Position numbers and translations under genes: made by a program | The notes under the pieces: model-generated | Seen by the model: only the letters and a program-made list of their open reading frames with translations | Database searches by the model: none | What the model was told of the DNA's origin: nothing | Assembly (NCBI GenBank): GCA_963665295.1 | Contig: OY762209.1 | Span: 2,592,001 to 2,656,000 of the forward strand | From: Syntrophorhabdaceae bacterium | GTDB taxonomy: Bacteria > Desulfobacterota > Syntrophorhabdia > Syntrophorhabdales > Syntrophorhabdaceae | Direction of reading: 5' to 3' | Length of the DNA: 64,000 nt | Shown: positions 31,151 through 40,472 of the stretch, one piece after another | Position numbering within the stretch: position 1 is the first letter of the stretch | Layout: the number at the start of each line of letters is the position of its first letter

Positions 31151-31668
31151 TTTAGCATCCCCTTATAAAGGTCTCTCCATTTGTTCATTATAAAGATGGT
31201 TTCGTTTTCCCGGTAGTCAGGATACGTCCAGTCAAGGGCCCTGTAGGTTCCGTTCTGATACATGAGCGTCAGGTCGGCGTATATCCCCTTGCCCAGGTAG
31301 ACCCTGTGCGAATAACCCTTTGTGGTGGCAAGTATAACATGTTCAAGGGCGATATATCCAGGATCAATATTCACGGTCCGCTTGCCGTTCAGCGAAAGGA
31401 GGCGTTCTATCTCATTGGTTTTCAACTTTATTTCCGGGAGAAGCTCCCTGTGGAGCAGGGGTTCGAAGAGGAGAAAAACGCGGAGCAGGTTCTCGCCCAT
31501 TTCCTTGTCGTAGTAATTGCTGTGAATGAAAGGGATGAGCCCGGTAGTCTCCTGGATCTTCCCTATATAGCTCGAAAGCTCGCCCTGGGCTTCCTGAAGA
31601 GACACTTCGCTCCCGAATATCAGGCTTGCGAAATACTTGACGGATTTTGGTACGTGCGGATTTCCCAT
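31144..31668 (-). CDS. DUF4416 family protein
   Basis: YYDKEMG, KLKTNEIE, RTVNIDPGY, LATTK..SHRVYL, WTYPDY. Confidence 0.85.
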   Translation of the reverse strand: MGNPHVPKSVKYFASLIFGSEVSLQEAQGELSSYIGKIQETTGLIPFIHSNYYDKEMGENLLRVFLLFEPLLHRELLPEIKLKTNEIERLLSLNGKRTVNIDPGYIALEHVILATTKGYSHRVYLGKGIYADLTLMYQNGTYRALDWTYPDYRENETIFIMNKWRDLYKGMLKC

Positions 31669-32387
31669 AGTATGAAATATTCCCTGTTTTTCCTTTCTCT
31701 TTCCCTGGGCACTTCCACTACTTTCGTGGCGTGTATCCCGAGGGTTTCGCCGAATGCCTTCATTTCTTCCATGACGCGGTCGATCAATTCCTGATCCTTC
31801 ACGATGCCGCCTTTCCCGACCTCAAAGCGCCCCACCTCGAACTGGGGCTTAAAAAGAGACATAATACACCCCCCCGCGTTCACCAAGGGCACTGCCGCAG
31901 GCAGTATCTTCTTCAATGATATGAAAGAGACGTCGATGGTAATTGCGTCGAGCAATTCTCCCACGTCGTCCATGGTCATTTGCCGGGCGTTGAAATTCTC
32001 CGTGAGGATTACCCTATTGTCGCCTCTCAGCTTCTCATGGAGCTGGTGGGTCCCCACGTCTACGGCATAGACCTTTGACGCCCCGTGTTTAAGGAGGCAG
32101 TCTACAAAACCCCCGGTCGATGAGCCGATGTCGAGGGCAATTTTCCCCGTCATATCGATACCGAAGGCGCTTAAAGCCGCTTCAAGTTTGACGCCGCCGT
32201 AGCTCACATAAGGGATCGGGTTCCCTTTTATCACGATCGGAGTGTCATCCGTCACTTTCTTGTCGGGTTTTGTAACCCTCTCTTCTCCGATATAGACCTC
32301 GCCCGCCATAACGAGGACCCTTGCTTTCTCCCTTGAAGGGGCAAGGCCCTTTCGCGCAAGGACAACGTCTATTCGCTCTTTAACCAA
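31620..32387 (-). CDS. tlyA: TlyA family rRNA methyltransferase
   Basis: S4 domain, YVSYGGVKL, DIGSSTGGF, DVSFISL, KPQFE; TTG start at 32387. Confidence 0.93.
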   Translation of the reverse strand: MVKERIDVVLARKGLAPSREKARVLVMAGEVYIGEERVTKPDKKVTDDTPIVIKGNPIPYVSYGGVKLEAALSAFGIDMTGKIALDIGSSTGGFVDCLLKHGASKVYAVDVGTHQLHEKLRGDNRVILTENFNARQMTMDDVGELLDAITIDVSFISLKKILPAAVPLVNAGGCIMSLFKPQFEVGRFEVGKGGIVKDQELIDRVMEEMKAFGETLGIHATKVVEVPRERERKNREYFILWEIRTYQNPSSISQA

Positions 32388-34240
32388 TCCAGAACCGCCT
32401 TTTTTATTCCCCCTTCGTCGATGCCCGTCCTTTTCCGGAGGCTTGCCTGTGACCCGTGGGGCAGGAAAGCATCGGGAAGACCGATATTTTTTACGGGCAC
32501 AAGGATCCCTTTTTCTGCGAGCAGCTGGCATACACCGCTTCCGAACCCTCCCATGACCGTGTTCTCTTCCACGGTAAGGATCCTGCCCGTGTCCGAGGCG
32601 ACCTTGAGAAGCGTCTCACCGTCCATGGGTTTTATGAATCTCCCGTTTACCACCGTGCAGTGAATCCCTTCCTTTTCAAGCTCCGACGCGGCGGAGAGGG
32701 CGGAGTGGACTGTGCTCCCGCACGCGATGACGGTAATGTCCCTGCCATCCTTGAGTATCTCCCAACTGCCCAGCGGTATTTCGCGTAACTCCGGGTCGAG
32801 GGGCACTCCGAGCGCTTCGCCCCGGGGATACCTGATGGCGGCCGGTTTCTCGTAGCAGTACGCGGAGTAGAGCATATGCCTCAACTCATTCTCGTCCTTC
32901 GGACTCATGATGATGAGATTGGGGACGGTGCGGAAATAGGAGAGGTCAAAAGCGCCGTGATGGGTGGGTCCGTCCTGGCCCACTATGCCGCTTCTGTCCA
33001 CCGCAAATACCACAGGGAGGTCCTGAAGGCAGACATCCAATATGATCTGATCATAGGCCCTCTGGAGGAATGTGGAGTAGATGGCGACAAAAGGCCTCAG
33101 GCCGCCCAGGGCAAGGGCCCCCGCAAAAGTTACCCCGTGCTGCTCCGCGATGCCGATATCGTAAAACCTGTCCGGGAAGATTTGGGAAAAGTGGTCCAGG
33201 CCCGTGCCGAGTCCCATGGCCGCCGTAACAGCCACAATTCGCTCATCCTTTTCAGCCAGTTCAATGATGGTGTCTCCGAAGAAGTCGGTGTACGTCTTCG
33301 TACCCTTGCTGGTGGAGTTGCCCGTGACCATCTCGAAAGTCGATATACCGTGAAATCTCGCGGGATCGTCCTCCGCATGGGTGTATCCCTTACCCTTCTT
33401 TGTCACCACATGAAGGAGAAGGGGCCCCTTGAGACGTTTTACATTGGTGAGGGTGTCTATGAGGTGAACGATGTTGTGCCCGTCCACGGGGCCGACGTAC
33501 TGAAAGCCCAGGGCCTCGAACAACATGCCGGGCGTAACGAAGGCCTTTATGGTCTCCTCGATGTGGCGCGCGGCCTTATAGACCGTATCGCCTACGGACG
33601 GGGGAAGCCTCTTGAGCCTGTTTTTGATCTCCTCCCTGAGGTTGCTCACAAACTCTCCCGTCATGATCTTGTTCAGATAACTGGAGAGACCGCCTATGTT
33701 TTTCGATATGGACATTTCGTTATCGTTGAGAATGACCATGATATCACTTTTGAGATGTCCCGCGTGGTTCAGGGCCTCGAAGGACATGCCGCCCGTCAGG
33801 GAACCGTCGCCGATGACGGCCACGATCTTGTGGGTTTCCCGTCTCCTCCGCCTTGCCTCCGTGAGGCCGACCGCGATCGATATGGAGTTGCTCGCGTGAC
33901 CCGTATCGAATACATCGTAGGCGCTCTCTTTCTTCGAGGGAAACCCGCTTATGCCCCCGTTCTGCCGGAGAGATCCGAACCTCTCTTTTCTTCCCGTGAG
34001 CAGCTTATGGGTATAGCTCTGGTGTCCTACATCCCATATGATCTTGTCGCGAGGTGTGTCGAGTATGTAGTGAAGGGCAATCGTCAGCTCCACCACGCCG
34101 AGGTTCGACGAAAGATGACCCCCTGTCTTGGATACCGTGTCTATGATATATCGGCGTATTTCGTCGGCAAGTTGCGAAAGTTCGGCAAGATCCAGCGTCT
34201 TCAGGTCCCCGGGACCTTCTATCCTCTCGAGGAACATCAA
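32369..34240 (-). CDS. dxs: 1-deoxy-D-xylulose-5-phosphate synthase
   Basis: GGHLSSNLG, WDVGHQ, ILNDNEMSI, GIAEQH, DGPTHHG. Confidence 0.98.
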   Translation of the reverse strand: MMFLERIEGPGDLKTLDLAELSQLADEIRRYIIDTVSKTGGHLSSNLGVVELTIALHYILDTPRDKIIWDVGHQSYTHKLLTGRKERFGSLRQNGGISGFPSKKESAYDVFDTGHASNSISIAVGLTEARRRRRETHKIVAVIGDGSLTGGMSFEALNHAGHLKSDIMVILNDNEMSISKNIGGLSSYLNKIMTGEFVSNLREEIKNRLKRLPPSVGDTVYKAARHIEETIKAFVTPGMLFEALGFQYVGPVDGHNIVHLIDTLTNVKRLKGPLLLHVVTKKGKGYTHAEDDPARFHGISTFEMVTGNSTSKGTKTYTDFFGDTIIELAEKDERIVAVTAAMGLGTGLDHFSQIFPDRFYDIGIAEQHGVTFAGALALGGLRPFVAIYSTFLQRAYDQIILDVCLQDLPVVFAVDRSGIVGQDGPTHHGAFDLSYFRTVPNLIIMSPKDENELRHMLYSAYCYEKPAAIRYPRGEALGVPLDPELREIPLGSWEILKDGRDITVIACGSTVHSALSAASELEKEGIHCTVVNGRFIKPMDGETLLKVASDTGRILTVEENTVMGGFGSGVCQLLAEKGILVPVKNIGLPDAFLPHGSQASLRKRTGIDEGGIKKAVLDWLKSE

Positions 34241-35121
34241 GAAACCCGGCTGCCGATGAATTGCGCGAGTTCTGTGAGTATTGCCGACTCCGCGCCGAGA
34301 AACTGGACGGACCTGATGGCTTCGTCGGTAAGCTGCTCCAGCTTGATCTTTGAGGCGACCACGCCATAGTGCTTCACGTAGGTCTGCTTGTTCGAGTCCT
34401 TTTTGAGCCTCTTTCCCACTGTTTCCTCATCTCCTTCCACATCGAGGAGGTCATCCATGATCTGGAAGGCGAGACCGAGAGATTCGCCGTACCGGGTGAA
34501 CTTCTGGAGGGCCCGCGCTTTCGCTCCCCCCATTATCGCACCTACTCTCACCGCGGCCCGGATGAGGGCCGTCGTCTTATGAGAATGAATATAATTCAGA
34601 ATGTTCTTGGTTCCTTCCTTCCCGTCATAAAGGACATCCACCACCTGACCCGCGACCATGCCCTCGGCGCCCGCCGCGGAAGCGACCTCGAATACCACCT
34701 GCTTGACTATTCTCGGGCTGATCCTTTCGGCATACCGGCTGTCCGCCATGATTCTGAAAGCCTCGGTAAGGAGTCCGTCTCCCGCGAGAATGGCCATTGC
34801 CTCGCCGTAAACCTTGTGACACGTCGGCTTGCCCCGTCTCAGGTCATCGTTGTCCAGGCTCGGCAGGTCATCGTGGATCAGGGAATAGGTGTGGATCATC
34901 TCGATGGCGCAGGCAAAGGGAAGAAGTCCGTCACAGATTTTGCCCTGTGCTTCGCACGCCGCGATGGCCAGGATAGGCCGTATCCTTTTGCCGTGGGAAA
35001 ACAGCATATATCCCATGGCGTCCCTCAATACGGAGGGAGACGTCTTCAAGGAGGAAAAGATATCCTTGAGGCTCTCTTCCACTACTATCTGTTTTTCCCG
35101 AAGGTATGTGGCAAGATCCAT
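34237..35121 (-). CDS. ispA: Farnesyl/geranyl diphosphate synthase
   Basis: GKRIRP, HDDLPSLDNDDLRRGKPT, FQIMDDLLD. Confidence 0.95.
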   Translation of the reverse strand: MDLATYLREKQIVVEESLKDIFSSLKTSPSVLRDAMGYMLFSHGKRIRPILAIAACEAQGKICDGLLPFACAIEMIHTYSLIHDDLPSLDNDDLRRGKPTCHKVYGEAMAILAGDGLLTEAFRIMADSRYAERISPRIVKQVVFEVASAAGAEGMVAGQVVDVLYDGKEGTKNILNYIHSHKTTALIRAAVRVGAIMGGAKARALQKFTRYGESLGLAFQIMDDLLDVEGDEETVGKRLKKDSNKQTYVKHYGVVASKIKLEQLTDEAIRSVQFLGAESAILTELAQFIGSRVS

Positions 35122-35342
35122 TACGCTTCTTCCCGACCGAAGGGTTGTCTTTCCAATGACCCGTCCTCTTTTTTTATGAGTACCTCGACCTTTTTCTCTA
35201 TGTCGTCAAGCCTTCTCGAAAGCTCCTTCGTGAGAGAGAGTCCCTCTTTGAAGAGGCTCAGGGCTTCGTCAAGAGGTATATTGCCGTTGTCGAGGGTTTT
35301 CACTATGTCTTCGAGCTTTTTAAGCCCATCTTCAAATTTCAT
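35121..35342 (-). CDS. xseB: Exodeoxyribonuclease VII small subunit
   Basis: FEDGLKKLEDIV..L..G.IPLDEAL..FKEG; upstream of ispA-dxs. Confidence 0.93.
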   Translation of the reverse strand: MKFEDGLKKLEDIVKTLDNGNIPLDEALSLFKEGLSLTKELSRRLDDIEKKVEVLIKKEDGSLERQPFGREEA

Positions 35343-35546
35343 TGACTTTTAATTATAAAATTTAAAATCGTGCTTAGCAAGTGTTTCGTGAAGATGAATC
35401 CCATCTCCGGTGCGCGGGCGCACTCCGCCGTTCCGGGGGAGCGGAGGGAATTCGTTGACGGGATAAGAAAAATAAGGATATATAAGGACATAACGTGTCG
35501 GGTATCATTGATGATGGACGACCAATTGACAAAGAGGAGGCAGAAC

Positions 35547-36134
35547 ATGAAAAAGGTATTGAGTCTCGCATTGGTTTTCGGTCTTATGGTTGTTTATGTC
35601 GGGTTCGCGTCGGCTCAGGATCAACAGGCAGCGAAGAAAGACGCGGGCAAGCCGGGCGCGGTCCTGGCTGAGGCCGTTACCCTGACCGCCGTGGTGGATG
35701 CGGTGGATGCGGAAAAGCGGACCCTCACCCTCAAGATGGAGGACGGGTCGGCCCGGACCTTCAAAGTGGGCAAGGAAGTAAAGAACTTCGACCAGATCAA
35801 GGCAGGGGACAAACTGAGGACCACGTACCTCGAATCAATGGCCGTTTTTGTGAGGAAATCGGACGAAAAACCCTTCGCGGGCGAGGTTGGCACTGTGAGG
35901 GTCGCGCCGAAGGGTGCGAAACCCGGCATCGTGGTGGCGGACACCTTTGAGATAACAGCGAAGGTTGACGATATAGATTATAAGAAACGGACCGTAACCT
36001 TGAAGGGCCCCGAGGGTAAGGTGAATACATTTACTGTGGACAAAAGGGTGAAGAAGTTCATGAGCGTGAAGAAGGGTGACGAACTGGTGGTGAGGGTCAC
36101 GGAAGCCATGGCAGTTGCCGTGGAGGCGCCTTAA
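35547..36134 (+). CDS. Exported hypothetical protein with two similar beta-rich repeats
   Basis: AGGAGG RBS; signal peptide; AVVDAVDAEKRTLTLK / AKVDDIDYKKRTVTLK. Confidence 0.8.
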   Translation: MKKVLSLALVFGLMVVYVGFASAQDQQAAKKDAGKPGAVLAEAVTLTAVVDAVDAEKRTLTLKMEDGSARTFKVGKEVKNFDQIKAGDKLRTTYLESMAVFVRKSDEKPFAGEVGTVRVAPKGAKPGIVVADTFEITAKVDDIDYKKRTVTLKGPEGKVNTFTVDKRVKKFMSVKKGDELVVRVTEAMAVAVEAP

Positions 36135-36253
36135 GCCGAAGACCGCGAAAGCCCGGGGCTGCCGCTCAGGCGGCCCGTCAGGAAGGTTTTTTAACGGGGA
36201 ATGGGAGGGCGGCGCCTGCCTGTTCCCCGCGCACCTTGAGTCTTTCCGGCTCC

Positions 36254-36700
36254 TTACCGGGGGTCTTTGCCGGTTCGAAGCGCCAATGCGTTGAAAAAGG
36301 CCCCGGGCACGGGACTGGGCCTGCGGGAGACATAGTCGAATGTGACCATGCCGGTTTCCGCGAGGGCCACGAGGGTTTCACCCCTTGTCACCCGGTGAAA
36401 CAGTCTGAAACCGGTGCGAGTAAATTCACCGACGTGGGTATCGATGTGAAGCTCCTCCAACATGAATGCTTCAGCCTTGAAATTTACGGAAAGGTCCGAC
36501 ATTATGACACCGGTCTTGTGGCCGCCTAAATGGAGTTCGGTGAAACCCATGGAATGGAGCATGGCCACCCGCGCGGTACCCAGGAGAGAGACGAGGGCAT
36601 CGTTTCCCATATGCCCGCCATAGTTGATATCCCGCGGCTGGAGGGTTATGGTGTGACGAAATTCATATTCCCTCTGAATTGTGAGTTTTATCCTCGACAT
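36254..36700 (-). CDS. Hot-dog fold thioesterase family protein
   Basis: RDINYGGHMGND; GGAGG before MSRIKL. Confidence 0.85.
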   Translation of the reverse strand: MSRIKLTIQREYEFRHTITLQPRDINYGGHMGNDALVSLLGTARVAMLHSMGFTELHLGGHKTGVIMSDLSVNFKAEAFMLEELHIDTHVGEFTRTGFRLFHRVTRGETLVALAETGMVTFDYVSRRPSPVPGAFFNALALRTGKDPR

Positions 36701-37215
36701 GGCCGCCTCCGTCCGTTCTGTCCGTGAGATCTGAATTCTTGTTATCTTCTGTAACACTTCCCGGGGAATTATGTCAATTAGCAGGGAGAACATTTTATTT
36801 GACCCCGCGTCCATTCAATGATACGTTTTGAAAACGGCACATTAATCACAAGGAAAATGTGGAGGTCGGCCCCCCCCTGCGGAAGCAGTCATATTGGTGA
36901 CGCGGCGAGACGCGGCTTGTGGGCCTGAGCGGGGCCGACGCAAGTGGAGCGCGGGTTCCTTCGGATTGAGACAAAGGGAAGACGAAAGGACACCCGAAAG
37001 GATATTCGCAACACCTTGAAACCAGGTCCGGCATATCGGGCAGGGTTACCGGACAGATGCGGCCGCACCTGTCCGGAACAGCCTTGGACAGCATATCGGG
37101 CAGCGATAACGAGCCGCGGGAGACTTTCTTTAATGAGGGCGACAGGAAATCAGGAGCCATATGGGGCGTGCAGCCGGACTGAGCCGTCCGACCGGTGTGT
37201 GCGGCGGAGCAGCCG

Positions 37216-38391
37216 ATGAGGTTCCTTCTCGATAACCGGACCCAGGCCGCCTTGCAGTTTGCCGTCCCGGTCATTCTTCTCATGGTCATGTCCGTCTCAT
37301 GGCGAACGCAAAAGACTCATCATGGCTTCGGCCGATGGACAATCAGCAATGCGCCCCTCGCGCTGGGCTCCCTTCTTCTCGGCCTGCGCGGCATGGTCCC
37401 TGACTGGGTGTCCGTGTTTGTGGCGAATGGGCTGCTGTTTATCTCGCCCATCCTGATATATGAGGGTATTCGTCAGTTTCGAGGGAGACCTCCCCGGGAT
37501 ATATTCAATTACGGGTTGATGGCGTTCCTTTTGGGCGCCTTCGCGTTTTTCCTGTGGGTGCGGCCCGATGCGAATGTCCGGCCGGTGGTCATGACCGTGT
37601 GCGCCGCAATCGTTATCCTTCGCTGCGCGGCAAGTCTCTCCAGAGATGTCCCTGCTGAACTGCGCCCGGGCTACCGGTTCACGGCGGCGGCCTTCGGGAT
37701 CTATGGTCTCGCGCTGACCCTGCGTGTTTTCACTGCGCCGACCCTGCCCGAGTTGTCCGACACTGTTGCCGGGGATACGTGGCGGGGCCTCCTGTCCATG
37801 GCGACCGTTGTCATGCCCGTGGTGTGGACCTTCGGGTTCTTTATGATGACCAACGACCGACTTACCCGGAGCCTCAGGACCGCCGAGGTCGAGATGCGCG
37901 AGATGGCATCCACCGACTCTCTGACGGGTCTCCTAAACCGCCGTTCCTTCGTCGAGATGAGTCAGCGCGAACAGGTGCGTATGCGTCGCAATGGCGGCAC
38001 TCTGGCGCTGCTGGTTATGGACATCGATCATTTCAAACACCTGAACGACACCTATGGCCATCTTGTAGGGGACGCCATACTGCGTGAAATGGCAGGCATC
38101 TGCAAGGGCAGCGTGCGGGCCACCGACTTGCTCGCACGGTGGGGCGGTGAGGAGTTTGCCGTGCTTCTACCTGACACCGACTATGCGGGGTGCCTCTACC
38201 TTGGCGAGAAACTGCGCCGCGAGGTGGCCGGTTTGTCCGTGCCTGCGGGCAGGGGGCAGGCCAGGACCACGATCAGTGTGGGTGGAGCGCTCTGGACGCC
38301 GGACGACGAGAATCTCGATTCAGTGCTGCGCCGCGCCGATATTGCCCTCTATAAAGCGAAGCGGCGCGGTCGAAATTGTGTGGTCATGTAA
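37216..38391 (+). CDS. Membrane diguanylate cyclase (multi-TM + GGDEF)
   Basis: TDSLTGLLNRR, DIDHFKHLNDTYGH, RATD (RxxD I-site), RWGGEEF. Confidence 0.95.
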   Translation: MRFLLDNRTQAALQFAVPVILLMVMSVSWRTQKTHHGFGRWTISNAPLALGSLLLGLRGMVPDWVSVFVANGLLFISPILIYEGIRQFRGRPPRDIFNYGLMAFLLGAFAFFLWVRPDANVRPVVMTVCAAIVILRCAASLSRDVPAELRPGYRFTAAAFGIYGLALTLRVFTAPTLPELSDTVAGDTWRGLLSMATVVMPVVWTFGFFMMTNDRLTRSLRTAEVEMREMASTDSLTGLLNRRSFVEMSQREQVRMRRNGGTLALLVMDIDHFKHLNDTYGHLVGDAILREMAGICKGSVRATDLLARWGGEEFAVLLPDTDYAGCLYLGEKLRREVAGLSVPAGRGQARTTISVGGALWTPDDENLDSVLRRADIALYKAKRRGRNCVVM

Positions 38392-38476
38392 TGTCCCTGA
38401 TGATTTTTTTACTCTGATTCTATATAATTATAATCTCCATCCAGTGAAACGGTAAAAGTGTGAGAAGGTCGTACTA

Positions 38477-40078
38477 TTGAAGAAGAAAATATATGAAGAA
38501 GAAGCATTCTTTCCGGCAGAGGGGGACATACCGGAACTGCTGGTGAAAGATATCCCCTTTGTTATGGACAAATACCTCGCGGGAGGCACGCTCAAGGTCT
38601 GGGAAGGTCCTTACCGGGAGGTGTTTTCACCGGTCCTCGCAAGGGCCGGCGCGGGCGTCGTCGAGAGATCGATCGGCAGGTGCCCGCTCATGACGGAAAA
38701 GGAATCCCTGGAGGCGCTTCAATACGCGAAGGGAGCCTTTGATAATGGGAGAGGGGAGTGGCCCGCCATGACCGCCGAGGGGCGGATGGGATGCATGGAG
38801 GAGTTCCTTTCCCGGATGGTCCTCGAAAGGGACCGGGTAACGCATCTTCTCATGTGGGAGATAGGGAAGTCGGTTGGGGACGCTCAAACGGAGTTTGACC
38901 GGACCGTCAACTACGTAAGAGGTGTGATGGGTGCGCTCAGGGAGGCGAAGAAGAATCGCTCCCTGGTGTTGACGGGACACAATATGGCGGGAAGGATCGG
39001 AAGGGCGCCCCTGGGTGTGGTCCTTTGCATGGGGCCCTTCAACTACCCGCTGTTCGAGACCTTTACCGGTCTTGCCTCGGGACTCCTTACGGGGAACACG
39101 GTGGTTTTCAAACTTCCCCGGTTCGGGTCGCTCCTCTATGGACCTCTTTTCGAACTCTTCCGTGATTCCTTTCCACCCGGGGTGGTAAACGTGATTTCCG
39201 GTGAGGGGAAGCGGATAATTCCGCCCCTCCTTGCGACAGGCATGGTGGACGGCCTCGCCTTCATCGGGACGAGTGGCGTGGCGGCATACCTGAGAGGCCT
39301 TCACCCGAAACCTCAAAGGCTCCGTTGTGTCCTCGGGCTCGAGGCGAAGAACCCCGCCATCATTTTGTCTGATGCAGACCTCGACCTCGTGGTGCCGGAA
39401 AGCGTAAAGGGCGCTCTCGCCTTTAACGGACAACGGTGCGCGGCGCTGAAGATATTTTTTGTCCACACATCCCTTGTGGAACCTTTTCTCGAAAGGTTTT
39501 CCCGGGCTTTGGCCGATATCGAGTTCGGGATGCCGTGGGAGGAGGGGGTTTTCGTGACGCCCCTCGTGGAACCGGGCAAGCCCCGATACCTTGCGGACCT
39601 CATGGAGGATGCCGTCGGCCGTGGAGCGCGCCTGATGAATGAAGGAGGGGGGACCATATGGGGAACCTTCTTCCACCCCGCCCTCCTTTTCCCCGTTACC
39701 CCGGCCATGCGCGTATATCATGAGGAGCAGTTCGGTCCCCTCATTCCGGTAGTCCCCTATGATGACCTTGAAGTGCCGGTCCGGTATGTGACGGAGTCGA
39801 GTTACGGGCAGCAGGCGAGCGTCTTCGGAAAGGACAAGGACCGGTTGAGGAGCCTCGTGGATTGTCTCGTGCACCAGGTTTCGAGGGTGAACATCAACTG
39901 CCAGTGCCAGCGGAGTCCCGACACAGCCCCCTTCACGGGAAGAAAAGACTCCGCCGAGGGAAGCCTTTCGGTGTCCGACGCAGCCACGGCCTTCACCACG
40001 CCTTTTTTTGTCGCCTCCAGGGACACGGAGGCCGACGTGGAGATTGTTGACGTTCTGATAAGAGAGAGGGAGAGATAA
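38477..40078 (+). CDS. Aldehyde dehydrogenase family, GapN-like
   Basis: MGPFNYPL, LAFIG, LGLEAKN, FNGQRCAALK, EEQFGP, PFTGRKDSAEG. Confidence 0.85.
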   Translation: MKKKIYEEEAFFPAEGDIPELLVKDIPFVMDKYLAGGTLKVWEGPYREVFSPVLARAGAGVVERSIGRCPLMTEKESLEALQYAKGAFDNGRGEWPAMTAEGRMGCMEEFLSRMVLERDRVTHLLMWEIGKSVGDAQTEFDRTVNYVRGVMGALREAKKNRSLVLTGHNMAGRIGRAPLGVVLCMGPFNYPLFETFTGLASGLLTGNTVVFKLPRFGSLLYGPLFELFRDSFPPGVVNVISGEGKRIIPPLLATGMVDGLAFIGTSGVAAYLRGLHPKPQRLRCVLGLEAKNPAIILSDADLDLVVPESVKGALAFNGQRCAALKIFFVHTSLVEPFLERFSRALADIEFGMPWEEGVFVTPLVEPGKPRYLADLMEDAVGRGARLMNEGGGTIWGTFFHPALLFPVTPAMRVYHEEQFGPLIPVVPYDDLEVPVRYVTESSYGQQASVFGKDKDRLRSLVDCLVHQVSRVNINCQCQRSPDTAPFTGRKDSAEGSLSVSDAATAFTTPFFVASRDTEADVEIVDVLIRERER

Positions 40079-40472
40079 AAGCATCTCGACCGTGAAGTCG
40101 CCTACCGTCCGTTCCGTCATCCCGGAAAACCGTTTCATCAAGTGGCGGTCGCAGAGTTATGACTGTACGTTATTGTGTACAGTGTGTCAGCCTCGCAACG
40201 CAATCGGGCAGGCTTGACAATTGCGTTAAATGGAGTGTTATCTTTGACCAAAGATAACGGTTTTAATGTTGATTATTGTGGTGTAGTGTATTATATTTTA
40301 TACAGTGGTAAAATAAGGCAGCAAACCTTACGGAATGCTTATCAAATGGTTTTGCATTTTTAGGAATCGTGTTTTACGTTAATTTACAGGGGTTGCGTGT
40401 TGAGCCTTTTTCTCCTGCCTTATGGAGGTGTAAGGCTCCACGGACATGTGACATACTATAAAAGGAGGCTAT

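Noticed and set aside
36865..36939. tRNA (75-nt multibranch fold)
   Set aside because: No TTCRA T-loop, D-loop GG pattern or 7-nt anticodon loop on either strand.
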